This document shows positions 23,760 through 37,800 of a DNA stretch of 64,000 nt, piece by piece; position 1 is the first letter of the stretch, and each line of letters opens with the position of its first letter. The position numbers and the translations under genes were made by a program. The notes beneath the pieces were generated by a model. That model searched no databases. It was not told the origin of the DNA and saw only the letters and a list, made by a program, of their open reading frames with translations. The DNA is from Perna viridis (Eukaryota): assembly GCA_037379345.1 (NCBI GenBank), contig CM074519.1:14796742-14860741 (forward strand), read 5' to 3'.

Positions 23760-25707
23760 ATGGCATCGACAGTCATCTTTGTTGTGTTATTGATGGCGGG
23801 GATTGCTTGGTCACAGAATGTTATATATGATATCAATACTCAAGTAAGTTGGGTTTTTTTTTAAGATTTATCAGTCAATCAGTCACTGTAGGTTGTTGCC
23901 TTAAGAAACAGTTCTAAACGGAATTCCATTTATAAATCATGATCAATAGATTATGTTTCAATGGACAAACTGCGAAACCACATTCGCGAACCAGTAGTTT
24001 GCGGTTGTTTCAGTAAAATATTTTTCAATTTTTCATTCACCGCGGATGTGCAGTGGTTTTAACTTAATCAGACAGGTTCTTAGAGTAAAAGTAATTAATT
24101 TCAACGAACCAAGTCTTTGTTTATTTATTTACAAGTTTGACCGTTTATTCAAATATACGAAATATTTCTTGGTTTAGAAAGTCATTTTTATTCTTAATTC
24201 AATAATGAATTTGTTTCGAATCATCTTTCGGTATTTCTGATATTTGTTTATCAACCGTGTCGCAAATGCGGCAGAAAGATGTGGTGGGACGTGTAACATA
24301 TTATTTAATTAAAAACAGTTTAAATCCTAATTTTCACACGCCATAGTAGTTATAATTTCCCGCGTTACAGCGTATTGAGGGATGTTTTGCGTTTAGTGAT
24401 CGCGTAGACCCAATAGTATATTGGTCATGTGACAAGTTATTGGCACTTCTACACCAGTTCAGACGGTTTTAAATTAATTTTATATGTCAAACATGAGGTA
24501 TCCTCCCAAGTCAGGGATTTGTTAGTCCACTTTCGCTCCCTTACCATGACATGCGGCGTTTCTGTCCGTAAATTAAAGCTAAAAAATTGGGGATATTTTT
24601 TTCATAAATTTTTCAGAAGCCTTCCTAAGCTTTAAGTGTCCCATAAAACATACTTATATCGGCTGTTAACTTTCAGATTAGATACTTTTGGTTCCTTAAT
24701 TACTTTTTATTATCCACCAATCGTAAATGTTTTTGTACTTACTCCTTGGCTTCATATTAGTGTAAAGATCTGGCTGAATACCGAGGAGACATTATTGCGC
24801 TATTGTAACCACAAAATGAGCCTGGCTTTCAATTCGGCACTCTCGTCGCTTTTTCGTATACAAATAGGAATCATTCGTTTCGTACTAAAAAGACTTTTCT
24901 TTGTGTGTTCTGTAAATATTGTTAGGTAATCCCACTATGCACGAGACGTACGTGTCCCTTTAAACAACTTCAAGGACGGTAAATATGTTAATCGCATTCC
25001 TCGGCTTTAAAAATAGTCTAAACCAGACGCAATAAGACAAACTTCGATGCGACTAAATATAGTCTTAATTTAACGGCATAATGCGTTTTCGACCATCGAG
25101 GCAAAGTTTCAGCTATTCCACCATTTTGACCAGAAAATTTTCCAGGCTGCGTGATTAATAGGAGTTGGGAAAATTTTAAAATTTCACCGAAAAATGTTTC
25201 TATTTTCTCAATAAACTCTTTTTACAGTTCAAAAACATAAACATCTAAACAATGGATTGTGAGAGCATTGATGTTGTGGTCATTTTGGACTGTGAATGAT
25301 GCCTTAATCTCTTAATAAGGGCGTACATTAAATGTTTTCAGACAAAAAATTATTTATATGTATATTTATATATAATAATATCACAAGAACTTTCAAAATC
25401 TAATCTTTTTGCCTGACAGGCAAGCTGCAGAGAAGTGACCCGAGGCCCATCCAGGGATTGTAGATGGGCTGCAGGGCTCAATATGGTAGATCAAGACATT
25501 ACTGATGGACGCATCATCGCATACAAGATAAGGTGGTTTAATGGAAGATGGTCTGGCTGGTTTGTTCCTGGTGTAAATGACCTGGATATCAAATACAACA
25601 GCAGCGGAAGATCATGTTCAGTCCCATATAAGGCTAACACCCTTAGGAGAAGATGGTCTAATTTCTACGATCATAGACATAAATATGTTGTTTGTAAATT
25701 GAAGTAA
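23760..25707 (+). CDS. Small secreted cationic Trp/Arg-rich protein of unknown family, 123 aa
   Basis: Exon 1 23760-23843 (MASTVIFVVLLMAGIAWSQNVIYDINTQ, then GTAAGT). Exon 2 25420-25707 (acceptor TCTTTTTGCCTGACAG; ASCREV...AYKIRWFNGRWSGWFVPGVNDLDIKYN...RRRWSNFYDHRHKYVVCKLK*). Phase 0 intron; AATAAA at ~25713. Confidence 0.85.
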
Positions 25708-26526
25708 ATATAAATAAACCTAATTTGCTTGATTCAGTCGCATTGTTTTGATTTTGTTAAATGATTTTTGACAACTGGAAAAAAAAAGCAAGAGAGGGAA
25801 TGAAATAGTTACATAATGCTTATTTCATTGTAAATGAAAGAAATCTCAACTGTAATTTTTAAAAAGTTCAATACACCTGTTTTACTGATTAGATATACTA
25901 GGTTTACAATGTACAATGTAGCTTAAAGGTCAGGTTCGTTATGATACCTGTAACGGCAAATCTGTCAAAAATAAAATGACAATCCTGTTATCTTGAATTC
26001 CAAACACATGGCCTAACCGTACAAAAACTGGATACATAGACGATATGAATACGCAATGTGACGAATAGAATAAAATGCAATTACATGTATATATAACAAT
26101 GGATTTGACTGGTGTTTGAGGCACAGCGATACTACCAATGACATGTAAAAATCAAAGTAGAACGACAAATTCTAAATGAATATATGCTCATTACGACCTC
26201 ACCTGGACCCCTCACTGATCAATTACACATAAAAAGACAAGCGTGTTATTATTTGTTTTCCTTTTTTCACCTCCTCCTCCATGCATGCTTTCATATCCTG
26301 TGGTAGTTTAAAATAAAACGCAGTAATATTTTTTTCTGTCTGTTGCGTGGCTACTGGTTTTTATGACGATTATCACTAATTTACTTATAAATTACTTGAA
26401 TCTACATACATCAAGGATTAGAAAAATATGTACGTCGTTATGAAAAAAGCACTTGAAACTTCTGTGTGGACTGCCTCAAAACCACTTTATTTCAACAAAA
26501 TGAGACCAAATTTTCAGAATTGTATA

Positions 26527-26597
26527 TGCGTTGGCCGGGAATCGAACCCGGATCGCTTGCTTGAAAGCAACCATGCTAACCGTTACAGCACCGACAC
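26527..26597 (-). pseudogene. tRNA-Gly(TCC)-derived pseudogene
   Basis: GTGTCGGTGCTGTAACGGTTAGCATGGTTGCTTTCAAGCAAGCGATCCGGGTTCGATTCCCGGCCAACGCA closely follows metazoan tRNA-Gly-TCC. The anticodon loop is 6 nt (TTTCAA rather than CTTCCAA), and the acceptor and D stems carry substitutions. Confidence 0.75.
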
Positions 26598-26863
26598 TAC
26601 ATGACACATTGGTTTTGACGAAACGAAATCCGGGATATAAAAATATCGATCTATGACCGTTCAAATTATAGGCAAATGGTGTGTAAATAATGTGCCTGGG
26701 ACATACGAAGATTTTCCTTTTGTTCAGCGAGAAATGCTGAGTACTTATGATTTCCACGTGGTAATCTTGTTGCGGTTACTGACCATTAATTTACGTACGT
26801 TTGTGACGTTCCGTCTCAACGTTGACAACGAGAGTCGTTTAGTGAGAAGGAAAGGTTGTTTAC

Positions 26864-26928
26864 TTAGACAAGGTAAAATATGTATTTACTTTTTCGTTTT
26901 TGTCAAGTTCTATGTCTATTATAGTAGT
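26864..26928 (+). repeat. 65-bp direct repeat, copy 1 (copy 2 at 29885-29949)
   Basis: TTAGACAAGGTAAAATATGTATTTACTTTT(T/A)CGTTTTTGTCAAGTTCT(A/C)TGTCTATTATAGTAGT; two mismatches between copies. Confidence 0.9.
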
Positions 26929-27039
26929 TGATATGATTCATAAATAGAAGCACCGCAGCGTACTTGTAGTTTCCATTTGTTTTAACACTATTTTTTAAGT
27001 GATTTTTACGAATGAATTATACACATTTTCTTACAACCC

Positions 27040-29475
27040 AATGAATGGTTTAATACTGAGTGCAAACAAAAGAGGGACACTTTTCATAGGGCTAGAAAAA
27101 TATATTATAGATTTAAAACCGATCACAATCGTGAATGTCTAGCTAAAGCTAGTCAAGCATATAAAAGGGCTCTTAACAGTAGTTTTGAAAACTACCAAAA
27201 CAAAGTCCTGAATGAAATACGTACTGCAAATTCATCGGAACCTAAAAAATTCTGGAGTATTTTAAATCGTATGACAAAGATGAAAAAGCAATCAGTCGAT
27301 GTATCATTATCTGATCTTTACGATTACTTCAAAGATGTAAATGATACCGACGAGGAGGCTGACGATCTAAATTTTAACTTGAACGAAAATGTAATGCAAG
27401 ATAATGAAAGTTTAAATGCTCCTATATCTCAGTCTGAAATAAGACATGTTATAATGAATTTACACAATAATAAATCACGTGGTCTCGATAATGTGTATAA
27501 TGAGTACCTTAAACATTATGATTGAAATTTATGCTAAACTTTTCAATTATATTTTTGATACTGGTATTATACCGGAAAGCTGGTCAGTTGGTGTTATAAC
27601 CCCTATATTTAAAAATAAGGGTTCATCAAATGACCCTACAAATTACAGGCCTATCACGTTTATGAGCTGTTTTGGAAAGGTGTTTACTGGTATACTGAAT
27701 AATAGACTTACTAAATTTTCGGATGAGGTTGGACTGATATCGCAAGTCCAGTCTGGGTTTAGGAAATCGCACTCTACAGTTGACAATATTTTTAAATTAC
27801 ATAGTCTTATTAATTTTTATATTTCAAAAAAGAAGAAACTCTTTTGTACTTTTATTGATTTCAGTCGAGCTTTTGATACTATTTCGAGGGCTGGACTATG
27901 GCAAAAGTTACTACAAAATAACATTAATGGAAAATGTTTCAGAATCATCAAAAATCTTTATCAGAATGTAAAATCCTGTGTTACAAAAATGGTCAAAATT
28001 CTGATTTCTTTGCTTGCAACATAGGTGTCAGACAGGGTGAAAACCTTTCTTATTTTCCTTATTTATAATTGATATGGAACAACATTTAGACCAAAATGGA
28101 GCTGATGGTCTGAGTTTATTGGGTAACATTTCTGAAGAGTATCTTGATATTTATTTGAAAATTTTTCTTTTATTATACGCCGACGACAGAGTTTTAATGT
28201 CAGAGAGTGTTGAAGGTATGCAAGCTATGTTAGATATTTTTCATGACTATTGTAATACTTGGAAATTGCATGTCAATGTTGCTAAAACAAAAGTTGTTGC
28301 GTTTACAAAAAGAAGATGCAATGACAATGTTGTACTTACTTTTAATGGTAATATTTTGGAAGTTTGTGAATCATATACTTACTTGGGAATTCTTTTTAAT
28401 TTTAATAATAGTTTCGTAAATGCAAAGAAAAGGTTGGTTGAGCAAGCATAAAAAGCATTATATTCTGTGTATTTTAAGATAAGGAACTTAAATTTGCCTA
28501 TTGATCTCCAACTGAAAACTTTTGATACATTGGTGAAACCCATATTGTTATACTCATGTGAAGTCATAGGTTTTGATAAAAACGACAACATAGAGAAAGT
28601 ACACCTGCAGTTTCTCAAAAGAATAATTCGGGTTCGAACAACCGCACAAAATTACTTGGTGTATGGTGAATTGGGTCGTTACCCACTTGATATCGATGTT
28701 AAATGTCGCATGATTACATTTTGGAACAGGCTTGTATCATCAAAAACTTTACCTTCTAAAATATATGAAAGTCTATCTAGGCACTATATGTATGAGGAAA
28801 ATAGTTTTAAGTGGATGAAATTCATAAAATCTATTTTGAATGATACAGGGTTTAGTTTCCTTTTTACCGAAAACATACATGTAAGTAATGAATGGCTTAA
28901 AATACATGTAAGACAGGTTCTTAGGGATCAGTTTGTTCAAAAATGGTGATCTGATCTTCTCAGCACATCTAGAGGATTATTTTATCTCACTTTTAAAGAG
29001 GAGTTTAAACTTGAGCCATATCTACTTAGACTTCATCAAGAAAGTAGAATTCATTTTACTAAACTGCGACTGTCAAATTTAAAAATTCCAGTCGAGACTG
29101 GTCGTTGGTACGATATACAGAGAGAAAATAGAATATGTCATAAATGTAATACCAATGCTGTGAGATGAATTCCATTACTTATTTATTTGCAAAAATGTTG
29201 ATATTACAGACATTAGAAACAAATTCATTCCAAGCTATTATACCACACACCCAAACGAAATTAAGATGATAGGTATGCTTCAGATATGTAACAAAAGGTT
29301 GATCATGAATGTATCAAAATTTATTACAAAATTGTGCTCTTTGTTATAGTCAAATGTACTCACTATCCCCATGTTTTTCATTATTTCATGGCTAGTATAT
29401 GCATTTGTAGTTATTACCATGTTTAATTTCATGCTTATGTAGCGCTTCGGCGCCTGAGTTTAATTAATAAAATCT
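27040..29475 (+). mobile_element. 5'-truncated, decayed non-LTR retrotransposon (RTEX-like ORF2: RT plus C-terminal CCHC)
   Basis: Broken ORFs carry WFNTECK, NNKSRGLDNVYNEYLK, NYRPITFMSCFGKVF, QSGFRK, FIDFSRAFD, GVRQGE, LLYADD, ELGRYPL and ETGRW...CHKC...EFHYLFIC. A 3' hairpin and AATAAA lie at ~29440-29471. Confidence 0.88.
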
Positions 29476-31846
29476 TCTTTTTCCTAAATGTTTGATGCAT
29501 GTATATATATTAAGGTGATACAGTATAATTATACAAAGCTTCAACTCTTTCGGAATAGGAGATTTAGAGCTGTATATCTTTTTCCGCAATGACAAAGGAA
29601 ACAGTGGATACAGAGAATGAAAATTATGCCAAACATGTTAGTCTAATGTACATACCATATACATAAGCTTCAATATCCTCCTCTATCGCTATCGCAAAAA
29701 TATTTATGTGGAAGCTACATATTGGCATGACTCTCTATAAGTCGTGATAATTAACTCGAACGGTCGACATAATTATCCTTACTATCATGAAAAATTATCG
29801 CGACTTTTTGAGATAAAATTATCATTTATGTCGACAAAAAAAAACAATTATCACGACTTTTATTTATCTTGATGACAGAAATAGTTAGACAAGGTAAAAT
29901 ATGTATTTACTTTTACGTTTTTGTCAAGTTCTCTGTCTATTATAGTAGTCGGCGAAGTGTGGATTTGCGGGGGTATTGATTTCTTTTCTCAAGGGAAGCT
30001 CAAGGATGTTGATAAAAGCACGTATTTGTAACTTTGAAAAGAAATCGGCGTTTTTTATATCGCAAGCAATGAAATCAAAGACATGTCATCTTTAACGTGA
30101 CAGAGATCTGGGCCTCTGCCTTCAATGATGACTGTCCTTTTTGAATACGTCGGTCGTTCAGAGACCTAACTTCTGCATAAAAGTGTATATGCAAAGGTTT
30201 CTTATTTTTTTACTTTTGCAAAATATTCAAAAATGCTTATTTATTAGATTTACGATCTATTTATTTGAAAGGGTTATAGTTTTCTTAAGTTATTTCAACT
30301 ATAATCACTGAGTGAAGTTAAGTGTTAACAACAAAAAGGCAATTCCAAAAGTACAGTTTTAAGTTCAACTGTCTCCAGATATCATTGACCAATCAAAAAA
30401 GAGATACGTACAGCAAACGTTTTAAAGCCTCGAATTTCAGGATTTACCATGATAATCGTTCCTGACTGAAATGACAGGTATAAATACAACTCAGGTCCCT
30501 CTACAATTAACAATCCCAGTTTACGCGGATGTATTGCACTTTTATTTAGCTAGAATATTTTTTGTAGTTTTTGAAAATGTTTGGGTTCTTAAATTTATTT
30601 TTTAATTGACGTGGACGGGATGTCTTTTCCTATCTGAAAATGAAACGTTTAGATGGATACAAGAGTGTAATTCTTCACAACGCTATTTCTGTATGGGGGG
30701 TCCCCACTTCCACTAAGGTCTAAAATAGATGTGGGTGATTTTTTTTCGATTTTAACGCAATATTGCCAAAACACCCCCTAAACAACCACCGTTGTTTCTG
30801 TCCGTAAATGAAGACTCAAAAAAGGGAATAATTTTTCAAACATCAATTTTTTTTTCAGTAGCCACCCTGAGCCAGCTTTAAGTGCCCCATGAACAGGGGC
30901 GGATCCAGGCTTTTATGAAGGGGGGTCGTAATAACGAGAATCAGGATAAAGGAAACCAAATTATGACATGTTTAATGAACAAATATGATTTATTGCCAAA
31001 CTCAATACAACATTTAGCAGACGACGATAGATTTGTTTTTTTGGTTTTTTTTTGGTTTTTTTTGTTTTTTGCTAACAAGAAATTGCTACATGTATGTCAG
31101 GATACAGTTTAATTTTGGTAACCTATCAGTAAATATGTCGAAAACACTGTAGTGATTGAATAGTACTTGCAGTATACAGAATAGAGGACATTTTTAAGAG
31201 AAACGCAATTGTAGCATGTCAGTATAAATGTGTTAACGTATTCAAATCTTGTCAAGTTTTCAAATTTTATTAAAAATATCACAAAGTTACTTCACCATAT
31301 TAGACACGGACCCTTTTCTTCTTGGGGATTCTGGTATTCATTATTGGGTTTTGTTTTACAAAATCGAAAAATTTGAAAATATTGTTTTCAGCATTAGCTG
31401 GAGTTGCTTTAAAAATCTACATATTGGGGTTATGTTTTGTCCATGGCTGAAATAAATATTTTGCTAAAATTTGTAAGCAATTTCTATTTTATTTCAATGC
31501 CCACCCCTTCTCTAGTATAAGTTGATGCCTTAAAAACTGAGCTCGAAAAATGATAGACCGCCAAAAATGTGAGAAATGAGGTTGCAAAATCTGCTATTCG
31601 GTATCATAAAGGTTACAGCCGTTTGTCTTGGGAACAATTATTTTATTTACTAGTTGGCTCGAGTACATTTTAATGATATTGTATTTTACAAATCGGCTAC
31701 AATAAGAGCTAGCATATTTTTGATCTAATATAAAACTATGCTTTTTTAACATAACATCACATCAGATACAGTATAATAGGTCGACACATTATTCCCTAGT
31801 CACACAGATCGTGAGTACATCCAGATCCTTACAGATTAACAACATG

Positions 31847-34800
31847 TCATAATTGTGTAGATGAGTATGAACTCTTAGGTTCTTCTACATCGACTTCGTC
31901 ATCTCTCCGAACAGTTTTCCCACACATACAAGATCCTTCCTCAAAAAGTTGTTGCACTTCCTCAAGTTTTAAACCTTTAGTTTCTGGTAATGTTATAAAC
32001 AAAAATAGAAAAGCGACTGCCACAATTCCAACAAACAACCAGTATGTACCTATAAACGTGAAAAAAATGTTATTTTACAATAATTTAATTTTCGATATCT
32101 TATCTCTCCTGGCTGTTTGATATTTTATAGTTTACTATATTATACATGGGTGTCTTCCTCGAATGCCAACATTTATATGTTACCTATTCCTTGAATGCCA
32201 ACAAAAATATTTCAATTGATGTTTATATTATAACAGTAGGAGTTTTTATAACAATTCAAATGTGTTATAACTATTTAACTGTTGCGATTAATCAGTGAAG
32301 TCGATAAATGGAACATTATACCTTTTTTATATGGAAAACAGCAGAATTTTAAAAATATGTTAGAATATAATAAACCTGAATTATTAAAATTTGTAAAAAA
32401 ATAATAAAATTTTAACATTTTTTTACTTTTATTTTAAGAAATGTATAGATTATATTTAAAAATATTAATGAAATTCAGAAATTTAACATTGATAAACAAA
32501 GTCATGTGATATCAAATTACGGTAAAAAGAGCATAGTCCTTAAACAACTTACAGCAAAACTGATCTTCTACATTGTGTAGCAATTACAAATATTTTATTA
32601 AATAAAAAAATTGTACTTAGTAACTATTCTAGTACTAGTATTCTTGTGGTGAATTGAAATATCTTCAAGTTATTGGACTACAAAAATAATTCAAAAGTCT
32701 ATCGCGCTATACATGTACATCTATGATTTTGTGAAGAAAAATTAAGTAGAAACAGCAAAAAAACAATAATATTAAGATTTTAACAACTGGAATAACTATC
32801 TGAAATATGAACTGAAATAAGTCACCTGTAAATAACCTATCTGTTAATTAGTATAGATGTTTTGATAAGCATGCAACTTTGTTGTTATAACCACTGGCAC
32901 CATTCCTTGAATGCCAACAAAATTTTACAGGTAAATTGTCGGTAGATCAAAGGATGTTGGCATTCGAGGAATAAACCCATACATGTATTTTCACCATGAG
33001 ATTGACGTCATATAGTGTTGTTAGCCGATTTACTTTTTTTTTAAATCATAAACTGAAAATTAAATTACAAGAACTAATAATAACATTTTTGTGTCAATAT
33101 AACCTCAATGCATGTGGTGCACAATAAATAACTCGTGTAATTTATTTTTACAACTTTAATGTATACACTCCGCTTGGATTACTGATTTATTGTTATCATT
33201 ATTTCACTCTAATATCAATAATAAATACACTGTAATATATTAAAAAGTTGGGTTTTTTTTGTTTTGCATTGCAATATGATATACATGTACATAAAATATA
33301 CCATAAAGACACCGTAAACATTTACTTGCATGATTATGCTCTCGACCTAGTCATTAAAATTCGACAATTATTTTGCAGAGCTCATACACCAAAATAAAAT
33401 ACCCTCAACATTTTTTTAAAACTAAAACTGATTAGGTAAACTGTTTTACGAAGCAGATTTATTTATATGTGATGCAATGTTTATCTCCGTTTAAACAAAA
33501 TGAAATAACTGAAGTGTCCAATAAAAGAAATTCCGTGGGCAAATAACATGAACAATCTCTATATAGCCCCGCCGGGCAAACGGGGGTATAATGATTCCTT
33601 AACGAACAGACAGACAGATATCCATATTACACTTACCATATGAAGTTATTTTTTCGATTAAAGTGAGAAATGTGAGAGAAACTATTAAATTAAACATCCA
33701 ATTAGTAGATGTTGCCATGGCAGTACAAGCACTCCTTGCCCAGAGCGGATAGATCTCTGAATTAACTGTCCATGGAACTGGACCAAGACCTACAAAACAA
33801 ATGACTATCGGTAACGAACAACTTTGGTCGGCAGGTTCTGCCCTTAGTTTTCTTCTACTGGTTTCCATCCTGATGCAATTAATAAATCATTTGTAGTGTT
33901 TGTTAAACTTAAGTAAATACTTTGAAGTAAAGCAGCTGCGTTTTTTTACTATTTCAGACTTAACTGTGGTATACACGGAAAAATGGGTCTTCAGAGGAAC
34001 CCAAATGCTACAGTTTTATAAAAGTTGTGGACGTTTTATTGTTAAAATTAGAAAAAAATGAAGTCATTTGTTTTGTTTGAAATTGGGCGTTTTCTGACTT
34101 GGGTGTTGCATTTTTTTTTTAAAATGGTGTCTGAAGTTGCAATTTCATAGTTCCTTTTCTTGCATTACTATGTTTTCGTTCTAGTAATTAAAATTAGGTC
34201 ATTTTTTTTAAAAGTCCCAATAACTATATTACTATACTATTTTTTATATCTATTGACAATATTTAATACCTGAAACATTTTTAGAAAATGTTCCATGTTT
34301 GCCATTCATACCTGGTGCAAATGCCATCAAGTACAGAACTAATCCTAATAATCCCATCCACGAATACTTTGATGGGCAGAAATTATCTGCCCACACCAGG
34401 CTTGATGGCAGTGTTGTGGAGTTACAACGACCCACTGTGGAGTAAGTTGACTCTGTGTATGGTAGACAGGATCCGTTGGCAGCAGATTTACCAACTTCTG
34501 TATAACAAAATCCACAACCCGCTTCTTGAATACAAGATTGACAGGAACTGTAAAAATGAATAGTTTGAGATGTAATAATGGTAAATTAAAAAGGACAACA
34601 GAAGAAAAATAAATCGCACAATACATAGAAACAAATACAAGTACAAACAGAAAAACGAACTGCACCAACCAAAAAACCATGGGTGACCTCAAGAATAATT
34701 ACAAGAGGTGGGGGTAGTTTGTCAGATTGAAAACAAGGTCCATTCAAATCACGGTGATGACCGTAGAACTTTTGAAATGAAGACCAAAATTTATGGGCAT

Positions 34801-37800
34801 TATATCAATATTCCAGTATTTTTGTGTAATTGTCTATTCTGACCTATTTAGAAAATTGTGTAGTTGTCGCATTTTCTTTCAAAGTGCATAAGGAAGAGAC
34901 AAAAACTCAAGAAAGGATAGATGACAGTTAGGCAAACGAAGTCGTTGCGCTTGCCATCGTCGGAAACTTCCCTAATTTGTCAATTTCGAGAACTTATACA
35001 AGGTAAGGATAAGTGGCAGACTTCCATGTGTGTAAGTTGTACTCTTTTTTAAGCTAGGCGAAGGAAGTCCAAAGCCTTACTTAATAGATTCTACTTAGTG
35101 ATACTCGTCTCTGTAGAGTAGTTGTAGAGTGAACTATCCATGCCTAAGTAGAGTTTGTAAAATTTATAAAACGGCGTAATGATCGCAATGTCTTAGCGAA
35201 AGTGTCGTTCAATATAATTTATACCTTACTGTTGAACATGTACTATTATCGGCCATCTCAGTAAAAGTTATTGGTGGAGAATCGTTGGCAGATAGCTGAA
35301 ACCCAATAGCTAACACAGCCAGGCTTATAAGAATACCTGTTAATGAAAGAAATCAAGAATACTGAATGTTACATTTCTTCCTTGGAGAAACTGACGCTAC
35401 CGATATTTGAAGCGCGCCGGACACAAAATATGGGAATGAAGGAAATGAAACTTTGATCGAGTGAATAATTTTTCGCCTGACATATTTGTATACTTTAAAA
35501 ACAATGGTCGAGAATATGCTGGTGAACCGTACTAGTTGTTCGGAGTTTGGTGTAAACTGTCGTTTTGCTGAAGAACATGTAATGGTATCCGGGCTCGGCT
35601 AAATTGCCACTGAGTGACATATAAAAGGGTATAACTCCCTTTTTGTACGCTGGATTCGACCCGTTTGTAAAGCGAATACAGTTCTCCCGCATGCGCGTTT
35701 CGGACGCAAGAGATTTCTTACACTGAACTCGGACGCAGAGTTGTGAAATAAATTGGGACTCGGTCCAAAATTTAGGCCGTACGCTGGACTCGCCACCATT
35801 TTAGAGCGTACGGTGGACTCAAGTGGAAAGGGGTCCCAGGCAGTGATATTGTATTTGGGTAATAAACCAGGGGCGGATTCAGGATTTGAGTGTGTGTGTG
35901 TGGGGGGGGGCGTTAATTGAATTAAAGGCCATGCAAAGCAAGGCAAAAATATTATGGGGTGAAACTTGTGGTGAAATTATTTTTCTTGCCGATTTTAGAG
36001 GGGCGTTGGGCTAGCATGCCAGTCCTTGGATCCGCGCCTGTAGACGTTTATAGGTATAAATTGTACCAATTCAAACATCGACATAATTATCAGATTACTG
36101 TCTAGTTAATATTACCTAATAAACTTAGAAGGCAAAGTAACCGTCTTCCAAGCTTCTCAACTAACCACATACCAACCAATGAGAAGACAAAATTGACGAA
36201 TGCTGTAGCTGCTGACATCCAGATAGCAGTGGAATTGTCACGGACACCTGTCATCTTTATTATACTGGCACTGTAGTACCTGCAGGCAATAAAGTTCCCA
36301 GTGTTAAGATCAGAACCCCTTTACCTATATTGGGCTAGATAAACAACATGCATTAAATAACGCTTTATACGACCGGTATATCAAACACACATGTATTGTG
36401 TATGATCAGTTTTACCCATGGAAAGGAACCACTTCTATGTGGTTATTTTCCTTAATATTAACCATGATTTATTATCTGTTCCGCTTAAGTTGGAAAAAAA
36501 ATGCCCACGAACAAATACTCATAAGTACATTTGTAATTATTTGACCAATTCTGCAAGGGATCTATGATCTGTGATTTAAGTTGAACGATGTCAGTATTTG
36601 TGTGTTGCGTTTCTTTTGTACTGTTGTAATTGTACGTTATTTGCCGATTTCATATTGCATACATCACAGAAATGGAATTGCTATACATGTATTGTCTAAT
36701 TTGTTAAGAACCACTTTAATTGCTTTTAAGTATTAGTCTTTCTAAAAATCAGACAGAAGGTGATTCATGCATGTTAAAAACCCACCGAATTCAGTCTTAT
36801 TTCTTGTTCAGAAACAATTTATGATCACATAACCAGTCTTAGCTTTTCATTAGGTTGTTGCGCTTTTGAGATAAAAATCATATAGATTGTACATGAATTT
36901 GCACTTTGGAAGAGTTATCGTTCTTGATTTGGCTTCATTTGGTTGATTTCAGTGGGAGATGAATGTATGATTTTCTTAAAAGTGCAGATCTGAATGCAGA
37001 AATGGTTATTGTTCTGTGAAAATATAGCATATGTAGACTGAAAAAGCATCATTTGTTTGGTGGGTTTTTCTTCACCATGAATCACTTTACCATTGGCAAT
37101 GTCTGAATTTTATGTGGACTGGTACTTAAGACGAACAATTTCATTCGTGGAGCACTATAGTTCTATGGTACAGTGTCAGTATACATTAACATGCATTTTT
37201 TCTGTGTTGTTCAACTGAAGCGTTAGTTGTAATACGTAATGGTATAAGCTATTATTTTCAGTACCAACGTTTGAACAAAATAAGAATAAAACAATGCATC
37301 AATCCGGTTCCGACGTACATGACTGTGTTAATCCCACTTAGCTGTTGGAATAATTGAAGACCACATCCTAGTATCAGAGCTCTCCGAACAGACGGCGTCG
37401 TCATAATCCTCTTCAATATAAACTCATCTGTAAAAGAACTGTACAATTCTTATCTACATTGGAAATATCATTCTATCATAAGACATATGATATTCGTTTT
37501 GCTGAGTCTCTGAATCAACGTGATCTTCAAAACTTTCTAGCCTATAATTCAACAATTTAAAAATAAATGTATCTACAATTGCAGGATCTTATAACCAGAT
37601 GTAGTTACATGTGCAACACACTTGTAGGAAGAGTAATCAAGGGAACCAAGATTCTAGCGGAGCGGAAACCAAAAAAATACAATCCAGGGACAAAGACTAG
37701 ACAAAGAAAACAGACAAACACAACAAAGAACATAATTAACCAATAAGAGACACCTAGAAATTCCTTGCTGAAAAGTCTTTGAAACCTCGAACAACACGGC

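Noticed and set aside
26527-26597. Possible TCA-anticodon (opal suppressor or Sec) tRNA
   Set aside because: The body is tRNA-Gly-like, the loop is only 6 nt, the stems are degraded and there is no long variable arm. A pseudogene is the simpler reading.
34288-34692. ORF-track ORFs overlapping SLC2A13 exons (e.g. 34288-34563, 34345-34692, 38121-38363, 40303-40596)
   Set aside because: These are antisense or alternative-frame shadows of real exons.
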